NCBI GenBank assembly: GCA_048013815.1
Contig: CM106586.1
Location: forward strand, 10,478,001 to 10,542,000
DNA length: 64,000 nucleotides
Origin: Setoptus koraiensis
Lineage: Eukaryota > Animalia > Arthropoda
Direction: 5' to 3'
Shown here: positions 47,765 through 60,176 of the stretch, piece by piece
Numbering within the stretch: the first letter of the stretch is position 1
Layout of the letters: every line of letters begins with the position of its first letter
Made by a program: the position numbers and the translations under genes
Notes under the pieces: generated by a model
Database searches by the model: none
What the model was told of the DNA's origin: nothing
What the model saw: the letters and a program-made list of their open reading frames with translations, nothing else

Positions 47765-48515
47765 ATGGCAAACAACAGCAGCAACAGCAACAGCAGCAAT
47801 CTGAGCGTTGTGGGCAACGACCAATACGGCGACAGTATCGAGATAAACAAGGGCTACACGTTTGAGGAACAATTCAAGCAGTTGTACGACATCAGTGACG
47901 ATCCGCACAGAAAAGAGTTTTTAGATGATTTGTTTCAGTTTATGGCGAACAGAAATCAACCCGTCAACAGAATACCTATAATGGCAAAGCAAGTGTTAGA
48001 TTTGTACGAATTATATAATTTGGTTGTGGCTCGCGGGGGCCTAGTGGAGGTGATAAACAAAAAAATATGGCGCGAGATAACGCGCGGATTGAATTTGCCC
48101 AGCAGTATAACATCGGCGGCGTTTACATTGCGCACGCAATATATGAAATATTTGTATCCGTATGAGTGTGACAAAAAACATTTTAGTCAACCGGACGAAT
48201 TGCAGCAAGCCATCGACGGAAACAGACGCGAAGGCCGCCGAAGCAGCTACTGTCACTATGGACAGTCGCAACAACAACAATCGGCACAACAACAACAGCA
48301 ATCACAATCGTTGTTTGGCGCAACCGGAAGTGCCCAACAGCAACTGGGTCAGTCAAGCCAGCAGCAAGCCAACAACAGCACCAACAGCACCAACAACAAT
48401 CAGCTGGCCCAATCGGCGGCAATGCAATTGCACTCGCAACTGGCCTCGCTCGGTCACCATTCGGCGGCGGCGGCCGCGGGTATGGCCGCCCTGGTGGGCG
48501 CCCAGCACGCGCAAG
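47765..48515 (+). CDS. retn: Dead ringer / retained (ARID3 family) transcription factor, ARID-encoding exon; gene incomplete at the 3' end
   Basis: YTFEEQFKQLYDISDDPHRKEFLDDLFQFMANRNQPVNRIPIMAKQVLDLYELYNLVVARGGLVEVINKKIWREITRGLNLPSSITSAAFTLRTQYMKYLYPYEC...ELQQAIDGNRREGRRSSY is the extended ARID (eARID) of ARID3/Dri. A phase-1 donor CAAG|GTGAGT lies at 48515/48516. Downstream exons were not confidently found. Confidence 0.93.
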
Positions 48516-48589
48516 GTGAGTCCTCCCGAAAATGAGAATGAGTTTCATTTTTATTTTTCGCTCGTTTTGTTTTATTTTCGCTCTCCTCT

Positions 48590-48745
48590 CGTTTCGTTTT
48601 GTTTCATTTAGATTTCGGTCGTTTCGTTTCGATTTCGGCCGCTTCGTTTCGATTTCGGCCGCTTCGTTTCGAATTTCGGCTGTTTCATTTAGATTTCGGG
48701 CGCTTCGTTTCGAACTTGGGCCGTTTCATTTCGATCTTCGGCTGT
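48590..48745. repeat. Intronic ~20-bp (9+11) degenerate array TTCGTTTCG-ATTTCGGCCGC
   Basis: Read directly; begins about 75 nt after the retn donor site. Confidence 0.8.
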
Positions 48746-51349
48746 TTTGTTTTGCTTTCGGTCGCAGCCCGACCGTCGGTGTCCGTTATTCGGCCGTCAC
48801 TGTCGCTGGCTTTGTCGCTGTCAGCGATGTGTGTGTTTTCAATTAATAGCTTTTTGACGTTTATAGATTCCATTTATGGACAGAGCGATGGTTGTTGTTT
48901 ATTCGGCCAAGTGTGTTGTTGTTTATTGACAATGTTTGAGTGGACTTGCATTGTAATGTATTGTTTGATAGCACAACAGCAACAACAGCAACAACAGCAA
49001 CAGCAACAACAGCAGCAGCACACTGACAACAATGAACACACAAACAAATATGACAGTTTAATCCCCGTTCCATTATCGGGCCGAGATTTTAAATTTTGAA
49101 TTTCAAATTTTAGATTTCAGATTTCAGATTTCAGATTCGAAGGCACACAATGTGAGCGACGTGAGAGAGCAAACAGTTTGACTTATTGCTGTTTTGGCCA
49201 GGGTTGACTTATGATTCGTTGATTTCATTTCATCCATCATCTGATTAGTCGGCCCGTCTCGCGCGTCCGATCATTCATCTATGATTTATACGCGATTTAT
49301 AGGCGTGCCGTGCGTGTCTGTGCGGCCCCGGACGCGCCGGCCAGGCCGACGGCGGGACTTGCGCCGGCCAACGGGCGACCGGCGACGGCCGGCTCATGAT
49401 GAGCCGTAAAACCGCCAATAAACAATAACCACCACAAGCTGTTCGCAAGCCGATGCAAGCCGCAGCGCGAGATTGATTAAGGCAAAATGCAGAATTTAAT
49501 CAATTCTTTTCTTCGATTGTCGCCCCGCTCAAAGCTTCGGTCGCTGTGTCCGGCGCAACTGTCGCCGCGCCGCAAATCAAATGCAAATGACGCTGGCCAC
49601 ATTCATCATGCTCTCGTATTCACTATACTCATCATACTCTCGCATTCATTATACTCATTATGCTCATTATATTGGCCGTCGCGTTGGCCGAATTCTCGCC
49701 AGTGCATTTATAGCGACGCCAGTGTGAGAACGATCGCGCTTCGATTAATTTGCGCCCGATCGGTCCGCGCCCGATCCGTTCGGCCTGGCAACGCTCGGCC
49801 GGCGGACGGCGGACAGCGACAGTGGACAGCGGACGGGCGAATGCACGAGAGCGCAATCTATGAGAATTCATTTATTCATTTGTTTTTAACTCATCATCAT
49901 CATCATCATTCAAATCAGGCATTCGCGCACAATTATTTGCCCATTGCAAGCAGCAACAAAAGAGTGATTCATTATGGATCGCGTCCGATGCACGTCGCCG
50001 TCGGACGCGATCATTTGGATCCATCGGAATTGTCGCCCGGCGTTGGCGTTGTCGCCGGACGACAGCACATGCTCGCCGATCGGGCCGATTCGTCGCCGAG
50101 CCGAGACCACCAGATTAATACAGTATTAATACAGTGACGCGGCCGAGATTATCCGCATGCTCATCGTCGTCGGCACCGATCTCGATAGCGGCCACAATGG
50201 ACCGATTGCCCATGCCGGCCGCCATGCGGTCGCTATAAATATAATAATAATACATGTATAAATTGTGTGTCGATATCACACACAATTTGCGCATATTTGC
50301 ATGCCCATATCGGCGCATGTATCGGCCTCCGATGCGTGAAGCGGGCATACGGCACGCCACTCTCGGCGCGCCGAAATATCCGATATCAGATATCGCGAGC
50401 AGCGCCCTCGAATGGCCGGCCAGCCGCGAATGGCCGGCCAGTTGCGAATGGCCGGCGCACAATCGGGCCGGACCGTCGGGCCAGACGGGTCGCAACAGCG
50501 ACTCGAGACGAGGGGCAACAATAACAACAAACGCGACGACGACGACGACGAGTTAAAACAATTAAAATCGGACGCTCTCAAGCAAGGCGAGCGCGCTGTT
50601 TGTTTATATCTCTGTTTATCTGTCTGTTGGCATCATTGTCAGATGCGACCCGTTGGCCCGCAACTCGTGATTTCAGAGTGATTTGCTTGCGAAATGCATT
50701 CCGCCGAAATTCGTTTGCCACTCACAAGTTGCGAGTCACAACATCAGCGAGCGACTGGCAAACAAAAACAATTATATTCTCAATTCACAACAAATATTTT
50801 GAATATATTATTAATTGCTGTTGCTGGTGGCCAACAAGCGCAGCAACGATTCCATTTCGCTCATCATCATTTCGGCTTCTTGCGCTCGCTTGCAGCCGCT
50901 TCCAGTGGCTTCCATCGACTTCTATTGACTTCCATTGACTTCGCACACTGGCTTCGATCGGCCTCGATTGGCTTCTATTGGCGCTGGCAACACGATGAGT
51001 GCACACACATTGCCTTCTCATCCCATCAATCGGCTTCAATCCGAGGCGCCTCCATTGGATCGGCCCCCAGATGGCGCTTCTCGGAATCGTGATGATCCTT
51101 TTCAATTGTGATTATCCAGCTACACGCCACTAACGTATCACCGTGGCAACGTGATCACGCTGACCACAGACACGACAACCTATATGTAAACAGAAGCCAG
51201 ACGCATCGATTGGCGTCGCTCGATCAGCCGGCCGGCCGGCCGGCCAAACAGCGCTGATTAGGGCAACAGTTGCGCGACTTGTTGCGCCTTCATCCGACCA
51301 TTGTCTCCACCGGCCATTGACCATCCGCTGACCGTCGCTTTGGTCAGCG

Positions 51350-51665
51350 AAAGTTTCGCGAGTTTCGACAGTTTTCCGCAAGTTTTTCAAGAGTTTCGCG
51401 AATTTCGGCGGCTTCGAGAGTTTTTCGGAAGTTTTTTGGGAGTTTCGAGAATTTCGGAGGCCTCGAGAGTTTTTCAGAAGCTTGGGTAGCTTTTTCGGAG
51501 TCTAGATAGATTTTCGGAAGTTCTTCAGGAGTTTCGGGAGTTTTTCGGGGGCGTTGAGAGTTTTTCCGATGTTTGGGTAGTTTTTCGAGAGTTTCGAGAG
51601 TTTTTCGGGAATTTCGAGAGCTTTTCGGGGCCTTCGAGGGTGTTTCGGGGGCTTCGAGAGCCGGC
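51350..51665. repeat. Degenerate minisatellite of 9/11-bp units AG(T)3-5CG(A/G)G
   Basis: About 30 T-tract units (agtttcgag, agtttttcgga...) read directly. Confidence 0.85.
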
Positions 51666-52535
51666 AAGCAGCGCCGAAATCGGCGTCGAAGCCGACACTC
51701 GCGAGCTGATGCGACGTCGAGCTCGTCGAATCGGACAAGTCGGCGATGACGTCGGGCTTTTGTCGCCGCTGCTCGACATTCGAATGCGATTCGTCTGCGA
51801 TTCAAATCGCCACAAGCCGGTCGCAAGTGCAACGCGACGTATAATCGCCGCTCGACCAACAAAACGGATCTATCTCGCCGCAATGATCTGCTCATGATCA
51901 CATGATCAAACGGGCAAACGGGCAAGTGGGCAAATGATGGCGTAATCGTACGATCATGATTATATCGGTCGGATATGGTGATGATATTGCGGGCAAGAGC
52001 TTGTGCATGCTGGCGATGAAAAGTGGCCCGATCAAATGAATGAAAATTGATGATCATTTGATCTTTTGTTGCTCTCTCGAATCAATTGAGTCATCATCGC
52101 ATGCCATGCGCTAGTCACTGATCCAATTGACCGGTCCTATTGAGTGAGATCGTGATCTAATTCTTTGCTCGCCTTTCAAATTGCTATTCGTCCACAAATT
52201 GGCCCAGACACACATTGTGTGAGCGTGTGTGTCAAACGTTGGCCCTGTCCATGGGCTGCTGCCAAATAGGATGGAATTAATAATCGTTTAGCGAGCAGCA
52301 ACAGCAACAACAACAATCAATTATTTATTTATTATTCCCTGGCCAAATCAATGCCGGGCTCGCATGCTCGCCATTGCATGAGCCATTTGGCCGTTTGTTT
52401 ATATTGATTTGCGGCCAGTGATTTCTATAAATCTATAAATTATAAATGGTGAAAATAAACAAAATGATTTCGTGTGAGTTTGTGTGCCTCGGAGTGCAAA
52501 TTTAGATTTATCGTCCTGTTGGCAGCCGAAGCGAA

Positions 52536-52610
52536 GCTCCGAAGCCGCGAACCTTGCGCTCCGAAGCCGCGAACCTCGCGCTCCGAAGCCGCGAACCTCG
52601 CACTCCGAAG
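52536..52610. repeat. 22-bp tandem repeat x3 (CTCCGAAGCCGCGAACCTCGCG)
   Basis: Read directly from the sequence. Confidence 0.9.
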
Positions 52611-53768
52611 CAGCCCCCGGTGCCAGTCGACCACAACAAGTGAATCTCGAACGCGAGGGGCCTGAATTCAAATTCATATTATTATTACTATTATTATTAT
52701 TATTATCGCTGCTGAGTTATTATCTTAATCGTCGTGTCGCGGCCACGCTCGTTTTCGTGTTATCTAATTACAGATTCCCATATCAATTTGTTGTGGCGTG
52801 GCTGGCACAACAAGATTGATCACGATTATCACGGTTTGCCATTGAGACACACGGCGCAAATAAACACGTTATATCATGCCCGCTCGTCGCTGGCTCGTCT
52901 CGTTGGCGTCCGACGTTTAATTTAAACATTAAACTGGCTTCCATTGCAAGCGCAACTGGCATTGATATAATGCCTTGCATAATACGTAAGGCCGAGATTT
53001 ATTTATGCGCGCATCGGATAGCCCATCGAGACAGAGTATAAACAAATTGAGTCCGACAGGCGACGAGCTCGGCCGAGGGCACCATTCAAACGCTGCTGCT
53101 ATTAATACTGTTAATGGGGCAAACATTCGGATTTGTGGCCGGCATTGGAGGGTCCTTTGTGGAGATATCCACGTTGTCGTTGTTGGTGCGGTCGTTGTTG
53201 TCGTTGTTGTTGCTGTTGCTGTTGCTGTTGTTGTCGTTGTTGCTGTTGCTGTTGGCGCAAAGATCGAATTGTGAATGTGAGATGGTTAATTAAAAATGCC
53301 CTTAATCATTATTTATCATAACTATATCATGATGATGAGAATGCATCAAATAGATTCATTATTCAATATCGCCTTTATGTGTGTATTGAATCACTTTTTA
53401 TCCCCGCTCGCTTGTCTAAACTAATCTCAGCCACAACAGCAACAACAGCGACAGCAGCAACAACAGCGACAGCAACAACAGCGACGGCAACAACAACAAC
53501 AAATGAGCTAACACACACACATGATTAATTAGTCTACTCGGGCCGAGCTATCTAATTAACTTTTGCTTCATTTTCAATTTGCTTCCTCCTCCATCCGTCT
53601 GCAACCAGCCAGCCTTTTCACAATTTTCACGACACTGGCGAACCAGTAGCTTATATAAACATATAAACATACGAACGTATTAACGTTCGCGAACATATAA
53701 ACAGATAAACATATAAACGGATAGACATATAAACGGATAGACATGTCCATATGTTCGTATGTTGGGCA

Positions 53769-53800
<32 letters not shown>

Positions 53801-55077
53801 TCGTGCCGGCCGGCCGAACCATGGGCGAGACGGTTTGGCCCGAGCGCAGCTCCGATCAAACAGTCTCTCAAATATTATTTGAAAAATATTATAGCCCTAG
53901 TCAAATCACAGCAAAATGATGGCGCAATGGCGAGCCCATTGTAACCGTTGCAGTGGCAGCGTCGGTCGTCCTATTCAGGCCAATCTCTTAATCATCTCTG
54001 GCAACTAGACGTGTCATCGGCACAATCGTTCTTTCAAATTCGCCCGATTCTTTCAATAATAATAATAATAAATAATTGCAATTCTTTCAATGCACACAAT
54101 CCAGAAGCGATTCGCGCCAATCGCTGCCACTACCCGCGCCGACTGTTCGGCCCGACCAGAAGAGGCTGCCAGCCAATCCGCCAATTCGTGTTGGGACGGA
54201 TAAATATAAATAAATACGCTCGTTTGTGTTTGTTGTTGTGTGCGCCGAGCGCGAAGATTTGATTGCAATGAATTGGTTGTTTCAATGGTGCATTTTGGCT
54301 ACCAAATATGTTGCAGTCAGACGATATTTGAGCGATTGAATTCGCCCGCAATCAATGCCGTTTCACGCTTGCATGACACAACTTTGCCGATTTGCATACG
54401 GCGCCCTGAATTTCGCCTATGCGCTCCATTGTCCGGCCGTGTCTCATTACATCTGCCGGCCGACGAATCTCGGCGCCGGCACGGCCCGAATCTCCGCGCC
54501 GCTGCAACGGGCCGCTGTCTCGCCGGCCGGCCCTGGTGTCGGGCCGCAGCGAGCGACGACGAGCCGGCCGTTCATCGGCGGCCGTTGAGCCGATTCTCGT
54601 GCTCGATTGGCGTTAGCGCATCGTCGTTGCGATTATTGCCGTCGTCGCCATTGGCTCGGCATCACATGTTGATTGGCCGATGGTCGTATCAATAATCGGG
54701 CCAGTTATTTGTTTCTGTCCATTACTGCGGTGCGATAATGATTGCGCCGGCCGTGAGCCGACCGCCGCCAACCGGCAACCGCCGCCAACCGCAACCGCCG
54801 GCGACCGCAACAGCGCCCGATTGGCGAGAAACGATTGCACACGATCGCGCAAAGCCGCACACCATTATCTCGCCATTATCATTATTATCGTCATCTTGTT
54901 GACCATCGGTAATGGCCAATCATGATTGCGGCGGTGCGATTACGCAAGCTTGCGCAAGACTATTATCATAAGTTATCGGCGTCATGCCCATTTGCTGTCG
55001 CCGTTCGCAGCAGCGCCGGCGCTCGTTAGCGCCGATGATATTTGCAGATATTCGCGCAGATTCGAGCCGATATTCTC

Positions 55078-55132
55078 GCAGATTCGGGCAGATTCGGGCA
55101 GATTCGGGCAGATTCGGGCAGATTCGGGCAGC
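55078..55132. repeat. 10-bp tandem repeat x5 (GCAGATTCGG)
   Basis: Read directly from the sequence. Confidence 0.95.
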
Positions 55133-58100
55133 TATCGGCGGATATCGGCGGAGCCGTTAGCGCGCCAGAACCCCTTGCGCTGGCTGGCAGCCCGCAAGCG
55201 CTTATTGCCATTCTAATTTGATGATTGCTCGCCGTGTTACCGGCCTGCCAATTGATGGAAATTATTATTATTTCTGAATTATCCAGCCAGATGCGGCTGC
55301 CGGTGGCTCCATTGCAGGCGCATGCACAACAACAGGCGCTCGTTGTTGCGCAATTGTGATAGTAATTATTGCCGCCGCGATAATAATGATAATGGTGATA
55401 ATAGTTGCAGCGGCGATAATGGTGATAATAGTTAATGCAATGGTTGCGATAGTAATGATTTCGTCGAATCATGGCCGTCGAATCATCATCGTCCCGACGA
55501 TGGTCGGCGCGAATCACCGGCGCGCGTCATCGAAGCGATCGTTGACGCAACTAACCGAAGGGGTCGTCGACGCGATCAGCGAGGCATCATCGACGCGCGT
55601 CATCGATCGCCGAGAGGTTCGTCGAGACAATCGTCGACAGAAGCGCCCAGAGAACCGTCGGAATCACCGAACATCCGAACAGCGGAATCACCGAACATCC
55701 GAACGGCGGAATATCCGAACAGCGGAATATCCGAATATCCGAGCATCCGAACATCCGAACGTTTTCGCGCAGCATACGGCAAACAACTTTCCTCTCGCGA
55801 ACACTGCCCGCCCCGGCCGATAATTTATAGCTGGCCGGCGATGGTCGTTGTCCGGCGCTGCTCGAAACAAAGCAAGCGATTCGTGAATCAAATTAAAAAA
55901 CGCATCATCGCCCATGATTGGGCATGGCCGTTGCGACGCGCCCGAACCCGATGATTCCAATTTGCGCTGGCCGGCTGCCAATCGGAAGCACCTGTTGCGC
56001 CGATTGTTTGGCGCGACTCGATCATTATTGTTGTCGCTGTTGTTGTTGTCCAAGTTGCACAACAGCAACAGCAACGATTGTTTGCTGTCGGTGGTTGGCG
56101 TGATTGTTTGCCGCTGGCCGATGATTGCCTGACAGGGGGCGAGTCGCGTTGTATCGTCTGTTTGTTTGTTGTGCCATACTGGGTATTAAATCATCGCCAA
56201 TACAAGTTACAATCGGCGCACACACACTCGGCCAATTGATCATGAGCCATTTATAGTTTTATAGCGACCGGTTGCAATAATATAAAACAGACGAACAACA
56301 AGATGAAGATTGCATGCAACAACACGGCCAGAAATGCCCATTCAATCGGATTGGATTCGCGATTGTCCGAATGAGCAAACGGTGGTCGCACTGCAATCAA
56401 TTATTGCAGTGCGCTCTATGGGAACTTTTCTTTACGGTTCTGTTCACCTTGAGGCGCTGTCATTGTTGGCGCAGCGCAATAATAACATTATGTAATTGCT
56501 AATGTGGCCGCAAAGAGCAATGAACACACACACACAAATATTCATTTATTTGTCTATTTGTTTATTCGTGGCGAAATGGCGAAAATACAGGCAAAAACAT
56601 GTTACAAGTTGCAGGCTGTTATAATGCCGGCGCTGAGACAATAACAGACACTTGTCAATCAGCTGCCATTTTATCCCTTTCTCGCCGCCATTTCGGCCAT
56701 TTTTATTTCATTTCATTTTATTTTGTTTCATTTTATTTAATTTTTCGCCTTATTTCGTTTCATTTTATCACTGGCGCTATCATAGTGGTGCCAACGGTGA
56801 TAAAATGAACCCAGACAGCGGCTGTTATTTACTAGTTGGCAAACAGCCAATCAGCTCTGGCCAACTGCAGCGCCACAACCTGTCGTGTCCGCGGTGTCCG
56901 TCTGACCCGGCGGCTTCGGCGGCTCGGCGGCTTCGACGCCCGACCGGCCACTGTCAATATTGGAAATCGCCGAGTGACCGAACCTTGGCCGCCACTCGCA
57001 ACAGAGGGATTCGCGCGAACCCGTTGCCGCTGACCAGTTGCGCAATTCGACACCTTGATGCCACTTTCGTATGCGAATCCCGAATTTCGGAGCGACGCCG
57101 CCGAATTTCGTAGCGACGCCGCCGAATTTCGAACTTTGGAAAGACGCCGTCGAATTTCGAACTCGAAATCAAATTCGGGGCGAATTCGATTCTGCGCGAC
57201 GCGTCGACACAGTTGCTTCGATTCGTCGTTACAGTTTCGCCAGTTTCGCGCTGTCAATCGGACACGATTTGCCGCACGGCGCAGATAAATGGTGCGTCAT
57301 CCGGCGCTGCAAACAACGAGCTCGCTCGCAACGAGCGCAATCGATCAAATGCGATCGCTCGTTTTTTGCCCGCCACACCGAGCCGCTCGATGCGGCGAAT
57401 AAATTACCAATCGCTCGTATTGTCTCGCATGTGATGCGCGTCTAACACACGCCATTCGACTGGAAGCGCGGCGTGCAATTCGAATGCATCCAATTTGAAT
57501 GGCGTACGAATTCGGAATCGAACGGCGCAAGATGCCGAAATCGGATGGCGTACGAATTCGAACTTGCCCAGCGCAAGATGCCGAAATCGAATGGCGCAAC
57601 AATTGGGATTGCGCTAGAGTCAGAGTCGGCAAGGCGCAACAGCGTTGGCAACACAATGGCAGCGTGCGAACGGTCAGCGGCATCGCGGCCAGGTTACATA
57701 ATGATAATAATGTATCGATTGCGGTTGATAGCTTGGCGAGCGGCCACCGATCGGCCGGTGTGGCGCCGCGCGGCCAGCCTATCGATTACTATGCGGTGCG
57801 GTGCGGTGCAGTGCGATGCGATAAAGTGGCCAGACTTAATTGTTGGGCCGATTTTATCTGGCGCTAGCATCTGTCAGGCGGACAAATACAAATAAAAATT
57901 TGCGTAATGCGAGAGGAAAATATGCGCAACTGGCAGCCATTGCAAGCGATGCGAGCCAACAAAAAAGGCCGCTGTGTCTTATGGCGCTACGCTACAGGTG
58001 ATCGCACTGCGTCCTCTGATTACGATTATTGTTTGTTTGTTTTTTGCTGCTTTTTGCGGCTCGCAATGTTCGGCCGCCGCTGCCGGCCAATGATTAATTT

Positions 58101-58474
58101 TCTCGGCGAATTTCTCACACACAGGTGAACGGGCGGCCGGACAGGTATTTGTCGATGCGGCGATGTGTCGGGCCGGCTTTTCGCTCGAATCGGACGGCTA
58201 TTCGGTCGAATCGGACGGCCGAAGTGAGCGCAAAGCCGGCCCGAAGACCGCATATCATCGTGGTCTCGCACAATTAATATTGATCGTCTGTGTGAAAAGT
58301 GAGCCTGAAAAACGAGCGCATCGAGTGTGCAAGTGGCTCAAATTGGATATTCATCGGATATATTCACCTGACTCGTATGATGTGAGTCGCATGATGTGAG
58401 TCGCATGATGTGAGTCATATGATGTGACTCGGCAAGCAACGGTCGTTTGCGCTCGCATCGCTCGAGACGGACAC

Positions 58475-58580
58475 TCGAATTCGAATCCGAATCCGAGTTG
58501 GAACTCGAGCGATGAATCCGAGTTCGAATTCGAATCCGAATCCGAGTTGGAACTCGAACGATGAATCCGGACTCGAATTC
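58475..58580. repeat. 49-bp duplication built from GAATYC/GAGTTG 6-mers
   Basis: TCGAATTC recurs at 58475, 58524 and 58573. Confidence 0.8.
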
Positions 58581-60136
58581 ATTCAATTCAATTTATGCCC
58601 AACCGTGTTACGTGAACATATAACATTTATTCACCAGCTTATGTATTCGCAGAAGATAAGCGAGATGCGTCAGCTGATTGGCAATTAGTCTCATTATGTG
58701 GTCTCTTTTGCATCTGACATGTGAGCATAATAATGTTAATGTTAAACTGTTGTGGCATACTGTTGTGTGTGCGCAATATTGAGTGAGGCTCCACAAGGAG
58801 CCGAGAGCAAACGGTTACGTAATCCCCGCCACTAATCTCGTCACCTGTTGTCGTTGTTGTCAATTATGTTTGGCCTGACTATGCCCTGACACTGCACACC
58901 TATTGCGACAGGGCGAATAGGCCAGATAATGTGCGCCCATATGCAAATAATCTCAACTGGGTATCAGCGACGTCCAGCGATAATATCCGACAATCCGACC
59001 ATCCGACAATCGCACAATCCGACAATCGGACGATCCGCCGTCCAGAGGCTCAGATCAGCTCAGATGAACAGCTGATCGGGCAGACGAGGATGAAATAGTT
59101 TGAATTCCTACACTCTCTCTCTCTCTCTCGCTGCTGTACTGTTATCGCCGGGCTGTGCATTTGACTTGTTTATTTGTTGCGCAATTTATCTCTGGGCCGA
59201 ACAAACAACAAGCTGCCGATAGGTTCATATAGGTCATCGCTCTGGCCACTGACTGGTCAGTCAATCGTGACTGGCGGCGTCGCTGGCGTCGCCAACTGCA
59301 GCGTTCTGTGGCACCAGTTGGCGGCGGCGACGACGGCACCAGTTGGCAGTGAGCAAACACAAACGGACAAGCGGAGAAACAACGAAACAACGAGACAACA
59401 CACAGAGCAACAGGTAAACGGAGCGACAGGTAAACGGAGCGACAGGTAAACGGAGAGACAGAGAGAGTTAATTGGCTGCCGGGGACGAGCCGCGCTGACG
59501 AGGCAACATGACGCGATTTGATGAGGACATCCGCCGAATCGGCTGCTATTATTATCATTGCCATTGCTGTCATTGCTGTTTTGGCATATTATTTATTTTT
59601 GCATACGGCCGCCATAATGCCTCGTTAATGGGCACTAATTACAGGATGATACTCGCTGACGGCGGCGGCGGCGGCCACTCGTTGGCTTGCTGCATGTGCG
59701 ATCTAGCTTGCGATCTCGCTTGTGTCTAGCTTGCGATCCGGCTTTGTTTGTGCGCTGCCCGATGTGTCTAATCTAATGAGCGTCTCGGGCACTTGTTGGC
59801 CTCGCAAACGAGCGATCCGACGAGCGATCGTGCGAGCTTTCGCCGAGCCAGCGATCGCTGGAAACTCCGGCGGCGCATCATTAGCGCAAGTCGCCCATTA
59901 ATTACACACACACACACAAGCAAATGAGCTCGCCCGTTTCCTGTCCGTCTCATCAGTCTATTTGTGTTGCTTTGTTGGCCTGTCAATCTTATCACAACGA
60001 TTGCGTCATAGCCAGTTGCGTCATCGCGATCACTCGGTTGCTGCCGGTTGTGCGATATGTGCGATTTGTGTGACTCACAAAGCTGTGAGCTGTGTCAGCT
60101 GTGCGATATGCGCCGTGTGTGCGATATGCGAACGCC

Positions 60137-60176
60137 CAGGTGAGCTCAGGTGAGCTCAGGTGAGCCCAGGTGAGCC
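60137..60176. repeat. 10-bp tandem repeat x4 (CAGGTGAGCT), giving four helically phased CAGGTG E-boxes
   Basis: CAGGTG at 60137, 60147, 60157 and 60167. Confidence 0.9.

Noticed and set aside
53005-53274. ORF with ANIRI as a possible REKLES exon of retn
   Set aside because: It lacks the diagnostic EING..Y.GVLFA segment and convincing splice sites.
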